A DNA stretch of 64,000 nt from the human T2T-CHM13v2.0 reference genome, Homo sapiens, in NCBI RefSeq assembly GCF_009914755.1, contig NC_060927.1. The stretch is one strand, 5' to 3'. Positions 11,836-25,599 of this stretch are shown here, piece after piece; position 1 is the first letter of the stretch, and each line of letters begins with the position of its first letter. Both the position numbers and the translations under genes were made by a program. The notes below the pieces were generated by a model. That model saw only the letters and a program-made list of their open reading frames with translations, made no database searches and had not been told where the DNA came from.

Positions 11836-12839
11836 GCAAGCTCCCATTTAGTGATGCTAGATGAGACTTTACAGATAAGGAAAGAAAACCCAACCTCAGA
11901 AAATATATTTATCCCTGTGACCATGAACTCGTAGCTCTTCCAGTTCAGAAGACGACCAAAGTGATGAACTTACAACCAAATGGCTGTTTTCTTTCCATGA
12001 GTAATAGTGACAAACAAGGGGCTCAGTATGGGTCTCTGCTACTGACAAAACAGTCATTCATAGGAGAAAATAGCTACAATGGGCTCTGTAGGTGGAAATC
12101 TATGCTTTGGGGCCCAAGTGTGGCCTCTATATCTGTCACTGTGGCTGGATCATTCATGTGCTCATCATTCTAGTCTCGCTAATGATGAAGGCCGGTCGGT
12201 AGCAATGAGGCAATTCGTTTTATATACTTGGTATCTTATTGCATCTATAATAAACATGCATTAACATGTAATTGAAATGTTCATAATTCTTAATCCAATG
12301 TTATATTCTCATGTAAATGATTCTACTCTAGACTTCTTTGTCTTAGATCTTCTCATTTCAGAACGTGGAAGAAGTCTAAGCCATCAAGTGCAGTCCAGAG
12401 ATCTGTATATATTCTCACCTTGGAGCACTTTTTTTTTGCACTATGATGAGTTCTATAGAGGACTGACATACATAAATCCTGTTTGGGCTTAATACTATAT
12501 ACAGCATTTTGATCTTATGATGGACTAATCCTTTGCCGATCTATCTTTATTACTTTGTAGGTCCAATAAAACTCGCCTTCTAAAGGAGCAGCCCCAAATT
12601 CCCAGGCATTTAGTAAGACAAAGTGAAGCAATTGTCTCTGTGAGAGGCCTAGACCTGTAATGTACCAGAGGCTGCTTCTTAAAAAGCATTTAATACACAA
12701 GTAAAGTGGAATTTTCAGCCCTACTTAAATCTGGCAGGCACCTATGTCACAGAGAATATGGGCAATAGCAGTATTCCTACTTGTAGAATACATTCACTCC
12801 AAAATGCAGGTAAGTTTGTGAGGCATTATGGTTTTTTTT

Positions 12840-13160
12840 TTTTTTGCAGTAGGTAATGCAAGGTACAGCAACGTATTTTTTACATTGGAGGAAATGTCTT
12901 GGCATGTTCTGCTTAATGGATCACTAAACATTTATAGAAGTTGCGGATCTTTTCATCTTAAAAGGTTTATCTGCTACCTTCTGGAGTATATGTAGCTTGC
13001 CCAAAGTGTCTGGCAAACTGGCCAACTCATGTATATCAGGCTTAATCAGCATGATGTCATTGATGTAATGGATTAATATGATGTTTGATGGATATTTCAG
13101 ATAGTCTAAAGCACTTTGAAATATATTATGACAGATGGCAGGAGCGTTCACATAGGCCTG
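12840..13160 (-). pseudogene. ERV-L reverse transcriptase remnant
   Basis: QAYVNAPAICHN...ILIHYINDIMLI resembles ERV-L QGYINSPALCHN...LVHYIDDIMLI. Downstream, in another frame, CQDISSNVKNTLLYLALPTAKK resembles CRDIPSKVKDKLLHLAPPTTKK. Confidence 0.85.
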
Positions 13161-13472
13161 GGTACAACTGCATATGAATATTACTGTAGTATCCAGGTGG
13201 ATATAAAATGGTTTGAATCTTCTTTCCTGATTGCAATGAAAATAAGTGTATTTGCCAAATAAATGACTGCATACTATGCATCTGATCTTGTATTAATCTC
13301 TAGAAACAATAAGTATGACTAGTATGACTGCTGCAACTGGGGCTACTTGTATGAGTTACAGTGATCTCCAAGAACCATCTGATTTCAGCAGAGGGCATAC
13401 TAGTTAATTAAAGGGAGTTACAATTAGGACTACCATGCCTGAATCCTTTGGAACTTCAGGAATTGCACCATT

Positions 13473-13845
<373 letters not shown>

Positions 13846-14845
13846 TTACCGTCTTGGCTTGTAAGGGACAATTTTGGAGGCTTTCCTTTGAGCTTTCCTC
13901 AATTATAGCTCTACTTTTCAGGCCAAGGGCCCTATGTTGCAGTTACTGATTTTGTCTCAATTGTAACACTCAGGGAATGAAAAATGCCATGGATATTTAT
14001 GTAAGCGTTTACTATCTTCCTTCTGCATATCTCCACTCAAATATGGGGTTTTAATGGCACTTTGAGCTTCCAGGTATAAATCCCAATTTATGACCCTATG
14101 TCCAAAAGTTCTCATACACCTGAGTGTTCACATTCACACAGTGTACAGTCACGTGGGTAAATGTCCATAGACCCTTATGGAGAAGAACTGAAGGAATGAT
14201 TAAATGCTTGCTTAAGTCAGTGGATTCTGGACCCGAACATTGGCTAGTAACTGATGAAGAGGTCACAAGATTTTATTGGGAAAGCCACCCAAATACTCTT
14301 GTTTCTTCTGATTATAATTATTGAACAACATCTTTATTCATTATCTATTTTTCCCTTAGGAAACAATAACAGTAACATGTTCTTCTATTAACTAACTCAT
14401 CAACTTGTTAATAAAGCTCCCTGTACTATCCCTTTGATCTGGCTGAACTTTACAGCAATGTTACTCCCTGGCTTTAAGAAATAACACCTGGCCTCTATCC
14501 CTCTAGCAATCCATAATTTCCTTCACTATTAACAGACAAGCTCTGTGGCTACATCTTCTACCATCATCACCACTAGTCTGTAGAAGAGAGTCACTTTTTA
14601 GCTAGACCAGTGTTACTTTTGCCAGTACAATTATTAAGACTTTGGCTAAAGGTGAAGGGCTCTGGGTCTTTCCATGCAATAATGTCCTTTAGCAGTTCCT
14701 CTGACCTTACATTATGTAATCATTTTATGAACACACCCCTGAGTCCTTTTATTTCTTTTATCTACCATCTGCCACAGTAACTGAGGTACTTCAACTTTAC
14801 TTAATATAAGCCATCAGCTTCTCCAAGGTTTTATCTCCAGCTTTA

Positions 14846-15338
14846 TTGAAACATTTTTATTTAATTTACAAATAAAAATTGCATATATTTAAGGCATACA
14901 ACTTGATATTTTTATATACATATACACTGTGAAATGATTAACGTAGTCTAGCTAATTACTACATCCATCATCTCTCCTTTTCTTTCTTTTTTGTGAGACG
15001 AAAACTAAAATCTTTTACCTTAGCAAATTTCAAGTTTATAATACAGTATTAACTATAGCCACATTGTTGTACATTAAATTACCATGAATTATTCATCTTG
15101 CATAACTGAAACTTTGTACCTTTTGACCAGTCTCTTTTCATTTCTCCTGCCCCCAATCCATGATAACGAGCATTTTACTCTTTCTATGAGTTTTACTATT
15201 TTAGATTTCACATGTAAGTGAAATCAGGCAGTATTTATCCACCTTAAAAAAGAAGAAAATTCTGCCATTTATGAAAACATGGATGAGCCTGGAGGACATT
15301 AAACTAAGTGAAATAAACCAGGCACAAAAAGACAAATA
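14846..15338 (-). mobile_element. L1MA8/9-like 3' end with inverted 5' piece (15241-15338 plus)
   Basis: L1MA 3' UTR on minus (AGCAAATTTCAAG..TACAGTATT, CTTGCATAACTGAAACTTTGTACC), then plus-strand CATGGATGAGCCTGGAGGACATT..AAGTGAAATAAACCAGGCAC. Confidence 0.8.
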
Positions 15339-16394
15339 TGATCTCCGGGTTTTAAAAAGTCACCCCAGCAACTAGTTTGCATAATCCCCTGGGATCCCTG
15401 CCAGGGTATTAAATCTTGTGTTCCATAAAAGTGACCCTAAGTCAATGAATTCTTACCTATTTAGTTTACATTCCAGAGCCCTTGAAATAGAGCAGTAGTG
15501 TCCAAGTTGTATTGCTGAACCACTGTAAAAACCAGCAAGGTCAGAGCAGCAACCAAGGGGGCTTTTACTGACAGAAGATTGAAGAGTTATTTAATAAAAC
15601 ATGGTGTTGCTAGGAATAAAATCCAGTATCAGGCCTACTCCCTTGGATCCTGTTACATGCTAGCTCATTTTTGCAGCTCTTTAGGGTTGTAATTTTCTTC
15701 CTCTTATATCAGACTTTGCATATTACCAGACTGGTTATGATGGGATTTAACTATAATTATCAGCCCAGATTAGCTCCTGAGGGTTCACCTATTAGCTTTG
15801 CAGGTGAATATCTCTGCAGAGTTTTCTCAAATAAATATACTAGCTCTTTACAGGGTAGATGGGCTACCTCTGTAGGTTTTGAGGGTTCAGAGGAGTCTGA
15901 GAAGGTCTAATGATCTTCTCAGGAAATCCACCCTGATGACTGTTAGTCATTACTTCCCTGTATTAGGTAAAAGATTTTCCTTGGCTGAGAATTGTGTTCT
16001 CAGTGGGACAGCTCTATGGCCTCCATATTAGGTTGCATTGTAGTAAAAGGTTGCTCTCTTGGTCAAGATGCATTCATATTAAAGATTCAATATTATTTAC
16101 CTTAAAAGTTTACATGTACACATAAAAAATACACAGTCACATATTTCAAGGTTCATGAAAAAAATAACTAAGGATTGATGGGCACTGGTGAATTTAAATT
16201 TTCAGATTATGTGCCTAAGGAGAAGTTTTCCTTTTTCTCTTCTCCCCACAGAAGACCATGATTTTCCCAGGCATAATTTTAATCTATTTATTGTTTGATA
16301 GAAGAAAAAATAGAATTAATGCTACAAGTTTAATGCATCAAAAGAACACCTATGACCAGATTAATAGATTGAATAAAATAGTGTTTTCATTTTT

Positions 16395-19300
16395 GTAGTT
16401 TTTTAAAAAAATTATTTCTCTTTACTTTAGATTCATGGGGTACATGTCCAGGTTTGTTACAAGGGTATGTTGTGTGATGTTGATGTTTGGCCTTCTATTT
16501 ACCCTGTCACCCAAACAGTGAACATAGGACCCAACACTATATCCAGCTTCTTCAGCCATTGTGCTTCTCCATCCCTTCCCACACTTGGAGTCCTCAGTGT
16601 CTACTGTTCCCATCTGTATGTCATGAGAACCTAACATTTAGGTTCTCACTTGTAAGTGAGAACATGTAATATTTGGTTTTCTGTTTAGGTGTTAATTCAT
16701 TCAGGATAATGTTCTCCAGATGCATCCATGTTGCTGCAAAGAACATGATTTCATTCTTTTCTATGGGTGCATACTATTCCATGGTATATACATACCACAT
16801 TTTTAAAATTCAAATCCACCATTAACAGACACTTAGGCTGATTCTATGTCTCTGCTCTTGTGAATAGTGCTGTGAAAAAATATACAAATGTAGGTGTCTT
16901 TTTAATATAATGGTTTATTATCTTTTGAGTATATATCCAGTAGTGGGATTTTTGAGTTGAAAAGTAGTTATACTTTCAGTTCTTGGAGAAATCACCAAAC
17001 TGCTTTCCCCTGGGGCTGAACCAAATTACGTTACCACCAACGGTGTATAAGTGTTCCTTTTTCTATGCAGCCTCACCAGCATGTTTTAGTTTTTGACTTT
17101 TTAATAGCCATTCTGACTGGTATGAGATGGTGTCTCCCTGTGGTTTTGATTTGCATTTCTCTGATGATTGGTGATGATGAGCAGTTTTTCAGGTTTATTG
17201 GCCACATATATGTTTTCTTTTAAGAAGTGTCTGTTCATATTCTTTACCCATTTTTTATTGGGGTTATTTGTTTTGTTGTTGTTGATTTGTTTACATTCCT
17301 TATGGATTGTGAATATTAGACCATTGTTGGATTAATGTTTTGCAAATATTTTCTTGCATCCTGTAGGTTGATTATTTATTCTATTGATAGTATCTTTTGC
17401 CACACAGCTCTTTAATTTTATTAGGTTTCGCTTGTTAATTTTTTGTTATTGTTGCAATTGCTTTTAAAGACTTAGCCATAAATTATTTGCCAAGACTGAT
17501 ATTAAGAAGGGTATTTCCAAGGTTTTTTTTTCTAGGATTCTCATAGTTTGAGGTCTTACATTTAGATGATTAATTCATCTTGAGTTAATTTTTGTATGTT
17601 GTCAGAGGTAGGAGTCCAGTTTCTTCCTTCTGGATATCATTAGCCAGTTTTTCCAGCGGAATTTATTGAATAGAGGATTTTTTCCCAATTATTGAATTTT
17701 GTCAACTTTGTCAAAGGTCAGTTGATTGTAGGTGTGTGGCTTTATTTCTGGGTTCTCTAATTCATTCCAGTGATCTATGTGTCTATTTTTGTACTAGTAC
17801 CATGATGTTTTGGTTATACCATACCTTGAATTCAGGTAATGTGATTCCTTCATCTTTGCTCTTTTTGCTTAAGATTGCTTTGGATATTTGGGCTCTTTCT
17901 AGTTTCATATAAATTTTAGAGTACTTTTTTCTAATTCTGTAAAAAATGCTGTTGGTAATTTAATAGAAATACTTTTGAATGAATTGATTGCTCTGGGCAG
18001 TATGGACACTTTAGCAATATTGATTTTTTCAATCTTTGAGCATGGAATGGTTTTCCATTTTTTTGTGTCATCTATCATTTCTTTCAGCAGTGTTCTGCAG
18101 TTCTCTTTGTAGAGATCTTTCACCTTCTTGATCTTGGTTAAATGTATTTCTATGAGTTTTTTGTTTGTTTGTTTGTTTTTGCTATTATAATGCAATCATG
18201 TTCTTGATTTGTCTCTCATCTTAAATGTTACTGACGTTTAGAAATGCTATTGACTTTTGCACATTGATTTTGTATCCTGAAACTTTGCTGAAGTTATTTA
18301 TCAGGTCTAGGAGTCTTTTGACAAAGTTTTTAGGCTTGTCTAGGTATCGAATCATATCACCAGTGAAGACAGATAATTTGACTTCCTCTTTTTCTTTTCG
18401 GATGTCTAGTTCTTTCCCTTGCCTGATTTTGCTCTAGGATTTCTGGTATTATGCTGAATAGGAGTGCTGAGAGTGTAAATCCTTTTCTTCATCCAGTTCT
18501 TAGGAGGAATGCTATAACTTTTCCCCATTTAGTATAATGTTGGCTGTGGGTTTGTCAGATGGCTCTTATTATTTGAGGTATGTCCCTCTGATGCTTAGTC
18601 ACTTGAGGGTTTTTATCATGAAGAGATTTTGGATTTTATCAAATGCTTTTTCTTCATCTATTGAGATGCTCGTATGTTTTTTTTTAATTTTAATTCTGTT
18701 TATGTGGTGACTCACATTTATTGATTTGCATATGTTCAACTAATCTTGCATGCCAGAAATAAAGCCCACTTGATTATGGTGAATTAACATTCTGATGTGC
18801 TGCTAGATTTAGTTTGCTAGTATTTTCTTGAAGTTTTTTGCATCTGTGCTTACCAAGGATATTGGCCTATAGTTTTCTTTTTTTGTTGTGGCTTTGCCAG
18901 ATTTTGGTGTCAGGAAGATAGTGGTTTCAAAGAATGAGTTAGAGAGGAATTCTTCATCCTCATTTTTTGGAATAGTTTCAGTAGGGTTAGTATCAACTCT
19001 TCTTTGTATGTCTATTAGAATTTGGCCGTGAATCCATCTCATCTATAGTTTTGTTTTGGTTGGCAACTGTTTTTATTGCTGATTTAATTTTGGAACTCAT
19101 AGGTATATTCTGGGTTTCAATTTCTTCCTGATTCAATCTTAGAAGTCTGTTTCTTTCCAGGAATTTATTCATTTCTTCTAGATTTTCTAGTTTGTGTGCA
19201 TAGAGGTGTTCATAATAGTTTTGGAAGATATTTTGTATTTCTGTGGGATCATTTGCAATGTCACCTTTGTCATTTCTGATTGTGCTTATTTGGATTTTCG

Positions 19301-22300
19301 TCTCAGTTTCATTTAGTCCTGCTCTGACTTAATTATTCATTTCCTTCTGCTATCTTTGGAATTAGCTTTTTCTTGTTTATCTAGTTCCTTTAGTTATGAT
19401 GGTATAATGTTACCTCTCTAACTTCTTGACATGGGTGTTTAGTGTTGTAAATGTTCTTAACACTGCTTTTGCTGCATACAAGAGGTTGCATATGTAGTGT
19501 CTCTATTTTCGTATTTCATGGATTTTTAGAATTTCGGCTTTTATTTTGTTGCTTATCCAAAAGTCATTCAGGAGCAAGTTGTTTAGTTTCCATGTAATTG
19601 TGTGGTTTTGAGAGCTCCTCTGGGTATTAATTTCTATTTTTATTCCACTGTGGTCCAAAGAGATGTTCAGCATAATTTTGATTTTTTGAATGTATTGAAA
19701 CTTGATTTATGACTGAGCATGTGGTAAGTCTTAGAGTACGCTCTGTATGCAGATGAGAAGAATGTACATTATGTGATTGTTGGATGGACTATTCTTATTC
19801 TATAGATGTCTATTAGGTACAATTGATCTAGCATGAAATTTGAGTCCAGAATTTCTTTGTTGGTTTTCTGCCATCAGAATCTTTCTAATACTGTCAGTGG
19901 GGTGTTTAAGTTTTCAACTATTATTGCGTGTCTGTGTAAGTCTTTTCCTGGACTTAAAGTAATTGTTTTATGAATCTGGTTGTTCCAATATTGAATGAGT
20001 ATATTTAGGATAGTTAAATCTTCTTGGTGAACTGAATCATTTATCTTTATTTAATGCTCCTTTTGGCTTTTAAAAAACTATTATTCGTTTAAAATATGTT
20101 TTATCTGATACAAGAATAGTGATCCTGCTTCCTTCTTTTCCCATTCAAGTTATACATCTTTATGATTTTATCTTGAGCCTATAAGAGTCGTTACATATGA
20201 GATGGGTCTCTCAAAGAGGGCAGAAGGATCAGTCTTTTTTTCTTAATCCCATTTGTCACTCTATGTTATTTTAGTGGAGAATTTAGACAATTTACTTTCA
20301 AAATTAATATTGATATGTGAGGTTTTAGTCCTGTCTTAGTGTTGTTTGCTAATTGCTTTCTAGTCTTGGTTGTGCAGTAGCTTTATAGAGTCTGTGGGCT
20401 GTGTGCTATACATGTGCTTTTCTGGCAACAAGTTTCATTCTTTCATTTCATGTTTAGAATGCCCTTAAGCAACTCTTGTATGGGCTGTTTGGTGGTAATG
20501 AATTCCCTTAGTGATAGTTTCCCTGGGAAAGACTTTATTTCTCCTTTGCTTATGAAGGTTAGTTTGGTGGGATAGGACATTCTTGGCTTTTATTTCTTTC
20601 CTTCAATAATGCTAAAGATGGGCCTCCAATCTATTCTGACTTGTACAGTTTCGGCTAAGAAGCCCACTGTTAGTCTGATGGATTTTCCTTTATAGGTAAT
20701 ATGGTCCTTTTCTTTAGCTGTCTTTAAGATTTTTTTCTTTCATACTGACCTTGGATAGTCTGATGACGCTGTGTCTTGGGGATGGTTGTCTTGCATATTA
20801 TCCCACAGTAGTTCTCTGTATTTCTGTATCTTTCTGTCAACCTCTCTACCAAGATAGGGGAAATTTTCCTGAATTTTATCCTCACGTATGTTTTTCAATT
20901 TGATTTCTTTCTCTTCTCTCTTAGGAATTCCAATACATCATAGATTTGTTTGCCCCATCTAATCCCATATTTCTCTAAGGCTTTTTTTTTTAAATTATGT
21001 GTTTTTTTGTTTGTTTGTTTTTTGTTTTTGTTTTTGTTTTTTTGTTCTAACTGTGTTGATTTTAAGGACCATTCTTGGAGCTCTTAAATTCTTTTGTCTG
21101 TTTGGTCTAGTCTGTTGTTAAGGTTTCCAATTGCATTTTGAAATTCCTGTAAGGAATTTTTCAGTTCCAGAAGTTCTGTTCAGTTCTGTCTTCATATAGT
21201 TGTGTCATCTTTCAAATCCTGGATTTTTTTCCCATTTCCTTTGGGTTGGATTACAACTTTGTCTTGGATTTCATTTATTATTCTTGCCATCCATATCCTA
21301 AGTTTTATATATGTCATTTAGATATTTTATTCTGGTTAGGATTCATTGTTAGGGAGCTATTGGGATCCTTTGGAGGTGACAAAACACTCTGGCTTTTTGT
21401 ATTGTTGGAGTTCTTGCACTGATTCTTTCTCAATCAAGGGAACTGGTGCTTCCTTTTTGAATTTGCCATTGCTTTGATTTTTTATTGTTTATTCTTTCTT
21501 CCCTCAAGGGCATGACTCCGGTGTATTTTGTGAATGATCAATTGGCATTATTTCTGAGTGCTTTTACAGATACAGAGCTCTGTGCAGGGTCCTCGGTTTC
21601 AGATGGCTTTCTCAAGATTGCTTGGTGTAGTGGTGGTATAATTCAGTCTGACTTCCAGTAGACGGCGCTTCAGAGTAAGAGCTGGCAGGTAGGCTCTTAC
21701 TTGGCTGGCCTTCTGCAGTGGTGGAGTAAATAGAGAAGCACGAAAAATATTCTTCCCCAGCTACGTTGGTCTTTGGCAAGGGTGAAACCGCTGGAGAAGC
21801 CTGGGAAGCACCTCTTTCAGCCCATGCTCTCTGGGCCCCAATGGAAGAACTGCTGCTGTCTTCAGCAGTTAGTTACCGGGAGGGGGCAAGAGATGACTCC
21901 CGACTACAAGTCCTTACTGTGGCTTTGTTGTTTTCTCTGTCAAAGACTGGCACCACATTCACATTTCCTTTGACCCAAGGGTGGCTTTGTCAGGCTGTGC
22001 TGCCCTCTTCTTAGTGGCAGTCCACACCAAAGGTTAGATATCTAAGAGAGTAGAGTTCACCTCCTACCCCCTTCTTAGAGCCGATGGGACACTATCCCCA
22101 AACTGACCAAGGGGGTGGACTGGGCACTCCACAGTGAAACACACAGACTGGATCCAGGTTGATAAGCTGTCACTAGTAACAAGCCATTCCACTCAGAAGA
22201 AACCTAAGTTTCAGCAAATTTACTTCTGTTCAAGTTCTGCGATGGGAGAGAGCGTAATTCCAGCACCTGCTGCTGTGGTGCTCTCCACATTCACTGCTCA

Positions 22301-22848
22301 GTTCTGACTGTGGGGCTCTTACCCTACTCCAGAGCAAGCACTCCAATCTCCAGCCTTAGACTGGCCAGGCCAATGTCTGCAGTGGCCATGGTTGTCAGGT
22401 TGTCAAACAATGACTGACTTTTTTGAGCTCTGATTAAAGATTGCATCTTCCTCTCAGTTCTGGGTCTGAGAAAATGCCTGAACTTTTTCCAGTGTCTTTT
22501 CTTCTCTGTGTCTCTTTGTCTCTCCCCAAGCTATCTCCTGGGCTTGGTAGAAACAGATACTCTCCCTTGGCCCGGGTTGCAAAGATCACTACTGAAAAGG
22601 TGATAGACAGAGGAAGACTAGCTGCCCCTCTCACATATTGAGGCTTCACCCACTTTATCAGCCAAACATCATCGTGAGGGCTACTTGCACACCTTCTCCT
22701 CCCGTGTTTGACGTGTCCTTCACTCTTCCTGTGAATTCCCATTTTCCTTTTTGATTTAAAGCTCACAGAGTTGAACTTGACGCACTGTTTTGCTATTTCT
22801 AAGTGGCTGAGGCATGCTGACGACCTCTAATCTGTCATCTTGGAAACA
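16395..22848 (-). mobile_element. Near full-length L1PA15/16-like LINE-1 (5' UTR, ORF1, ORF2, 3' UTR; inactivated)
   Basis: L1PA16-type 3' UTR at ~16.4-16.65 kb. ORF2 remnants KDLYKENCRTLLKEM and [12 protein letters not shown]-richer 5' UTR at ~21.5-22.85 kb, starting TCCAAGATGACAGATTAG on minus. Confidence 0.9.
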
Positions 22849-23958
22849 AACAAACAAAATAACCCAAAACTCTGTAGTGTATTTTAATAGTGATTTGTTT
22901 TCAGTATCCAGTGATATAAGTTTAACTTATTGGAAATCATTTACATGGAATAGTTAATCACTGATTTACAGAAATTAGGAGTACTTAAGGAGTTGAAACA
23001 TAATGCCTACTGATATTTTGCATGCCAAAATTTCTGAGAAATTTGTGTCTGCAATGTTCTCCTTTCTTTGGCAAAATGTAAGTTCCCATTAGTTAGGAAG
23101 TACCTATTTTTTATTTCTTTAATCATATAAAATATTAATTGGTAAATATATGATTTACTAATATAATAGAATGACATGTATTTAAAATCATATGAACAGC
23201 TTTGAAATATTATCATTAACAGAAAATCATATTGTTATATGGGTCATTTGACTCACTTGTTTATAAATTTGTTTACTACATCATAAATATAATCCGATTA
23301 AAACTGAACACTAAAAAACACGAACATGAAACATTCCTAGAGATATAAACATAATCCAATTATACTGATATCATTATAATGCAAATATCTCTTGTTATAG
23401 CATTATAATATAATTTAATTATATAGATTTCAAAACTGAATGTTTCTTAAGTTGGCTGGTATAAAGTTAAAAATAAAGAAACCGAAGGGAAAAAACCAAA
23501 TGAATCAGCAAATTTGGATGAATTAGACTTAATTGAGCCATCAGTTGATCGATTTCTCTGAGAGACTTGCATTTCCTTCCCTTATTTTGCAGCACTATTG
23601 ATGGCTTATTAGATGTTAGTAGAAAAAAACTATACCTTATTTATTATAAAATAATATATTTTTCAACTATATAAAATATTTATTTTTAAATTACATATTT
23701 TATTGCTAGCACTAAATTTGATAGGCTACAGAAAACCAGACATGCAAAAATTAAACAATAGTGCTTTCTTCAAATAAAATAAAATTTAAAACTATTTTTC
23801 TTTATTCAATAGTACATAAAATCAAACCTCCCTACCTCATCCCCATATAGTTAAGAGTATTTTTATCTATGAAATTATTTTCTGTAATGTCAATCACATT
23901 TTGACTAAAATAAAAATTACAGAATTTAGATGGATAGAAAACAGGACATTCATATAAA

Positions 23959-24505
23959 TTTATCTCTAGGATTGTTTAATGTTCATGTTTTTTGGTGTCC
24001 ATTTTTAATTCTAATCAAAATAATTGTATAATTTTAGGTGAGACCAATAATAGGCTATGACAAAAATAATAGATTGTAATATTATTGAAATGTTAATACC
24101 TAATTTCATGGTATGAGTAAATGGAGAATTTAATTTATAGTTAGGTGGTCCAGCTTATTTCAGGTCAGAAAAAAAAAGATGATTAATAGCAATAATTTTT
24201 GTCATGAAAACATCAAATGCATGTGGGATGGTTTATCTCTAGGATTGTTTAATGTTCATGTTTTTTAGTGTCCATTTTTAATTCTAATCAAAATAATTCC
24301 ATAATTTTAGGTGAGACCAATAATAGGCTATGACAAAAATAATAATAATGTTATTGAAATGTTAATATCTATTTTCATGGTATGAGTAAATAGAGAATTT
24401 AGTTTATAGTTAGGTGATCCAGTTTATTTATGGTCAGAAAAAAAAAAAGATCATGAAGAGCAATAATTTTTGTCATGAAAACATCAAATGCAGGTGGGAT
24501 GGTTT
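23959..24505. repeat. Two-copy tandem duplication, period 273 bp
   Basis: TTTATCTCTAGGATTGTTTAATG starts at 23959 and 24232. Both copies end CATCAAATGCA(T/G)GTGGGATGGTTT. Confidence 0.95.
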
Positions 24506-25599
24506 TAAGTTTTAGAAACTTCCAACTTATTTGCAAAGACCCATTTACAAGCTGATTTGTATTTATATGTACACTCTTTTTGTGCAAAAGTTTTAAGGCT
24601 GCTGGCTTATCATAAAAGTTATAGAAAATGAGATAGTAAAACAAAAATAGAAAATCATAGTCAAAGGAGAAAATAGCACACTCACACAACATACATCTCA
24701 ATGCCTTTTTTATGCATGAGCTTCAAATGTGTCTCTAAGTTTTACAGAAAAAAGACACAAAAGGATAACTTAAGCAGTTATCTAGTTTTCATTTTTTGTA
24801 GAGACGATGAATACCAGCTCATTAGGAGAAAAACTATCATTGAAATTTTGAATGGTATTTTTCATCTGCAGCATTATGTAAAGGAAGAGTGATGTAAGGA
24901 TAGGGTATATCCTTAATACTTCCAGAAAATGTATATCATCTTCACCTAGTATTTTTTATTTTCTTCTAACAATATTAGGTAAATGTTGAGAAAATGACAT
25001 TAATATGTAAATACATAAAGAGCATGACTCTGTTACTCCTTACTGATCTGTTGTAGGAGCATAGAGAAACTTAAGGCCTGGAAAACTTTTAGTTTTGTAA
25101 ATACTGGTTAATAATTTTTGGTGTGTGAAGGATCCAGAATGCTGAGCTATTTATTTTAAGATAGGGGAAAAGTCAGTGTTAGACCAGACTGACTATTATA
25201 AAGAAATGTCAGATTTATTTATTTGATTCCTCTGAGACATGTACCCTGTTAACAATTACAGACCTGCAGGTAATTTACTTGATTTCCTTGGAACATTTTA
25301 TAACTTGTTTTTAAATTACAGATACAGATATAAGAAAGAAGGTAATGGTTCAGATGAAGAGACAGGTAAATTGTGAGAATGGAAGGAGTGAGTGATAAGA
25401 AAAGAGAAGAAAAATAAACTAAGGCAAGGAGTAAAATGAGCAAAGACTAAAGAAAAATAGAGTTTGATAGCAAGTGAAGAGAAAAACAGTAAAAAAAACA
25501 AATAAATGAACAGTATGATTCATGTTTCACTTACTACTGTATTTCCAATGTACTGAGCAAATTCAGAGTAAATTTTATACCTAAACTTTCTAAGATAAC

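Noticed and set aside
21500-22850. GC-richer region with ORFs of 66-110 aa as a possible gene or promoter
   Set aside because: Explained as the 5' UTR of the minus-strand L1PA16-like element.
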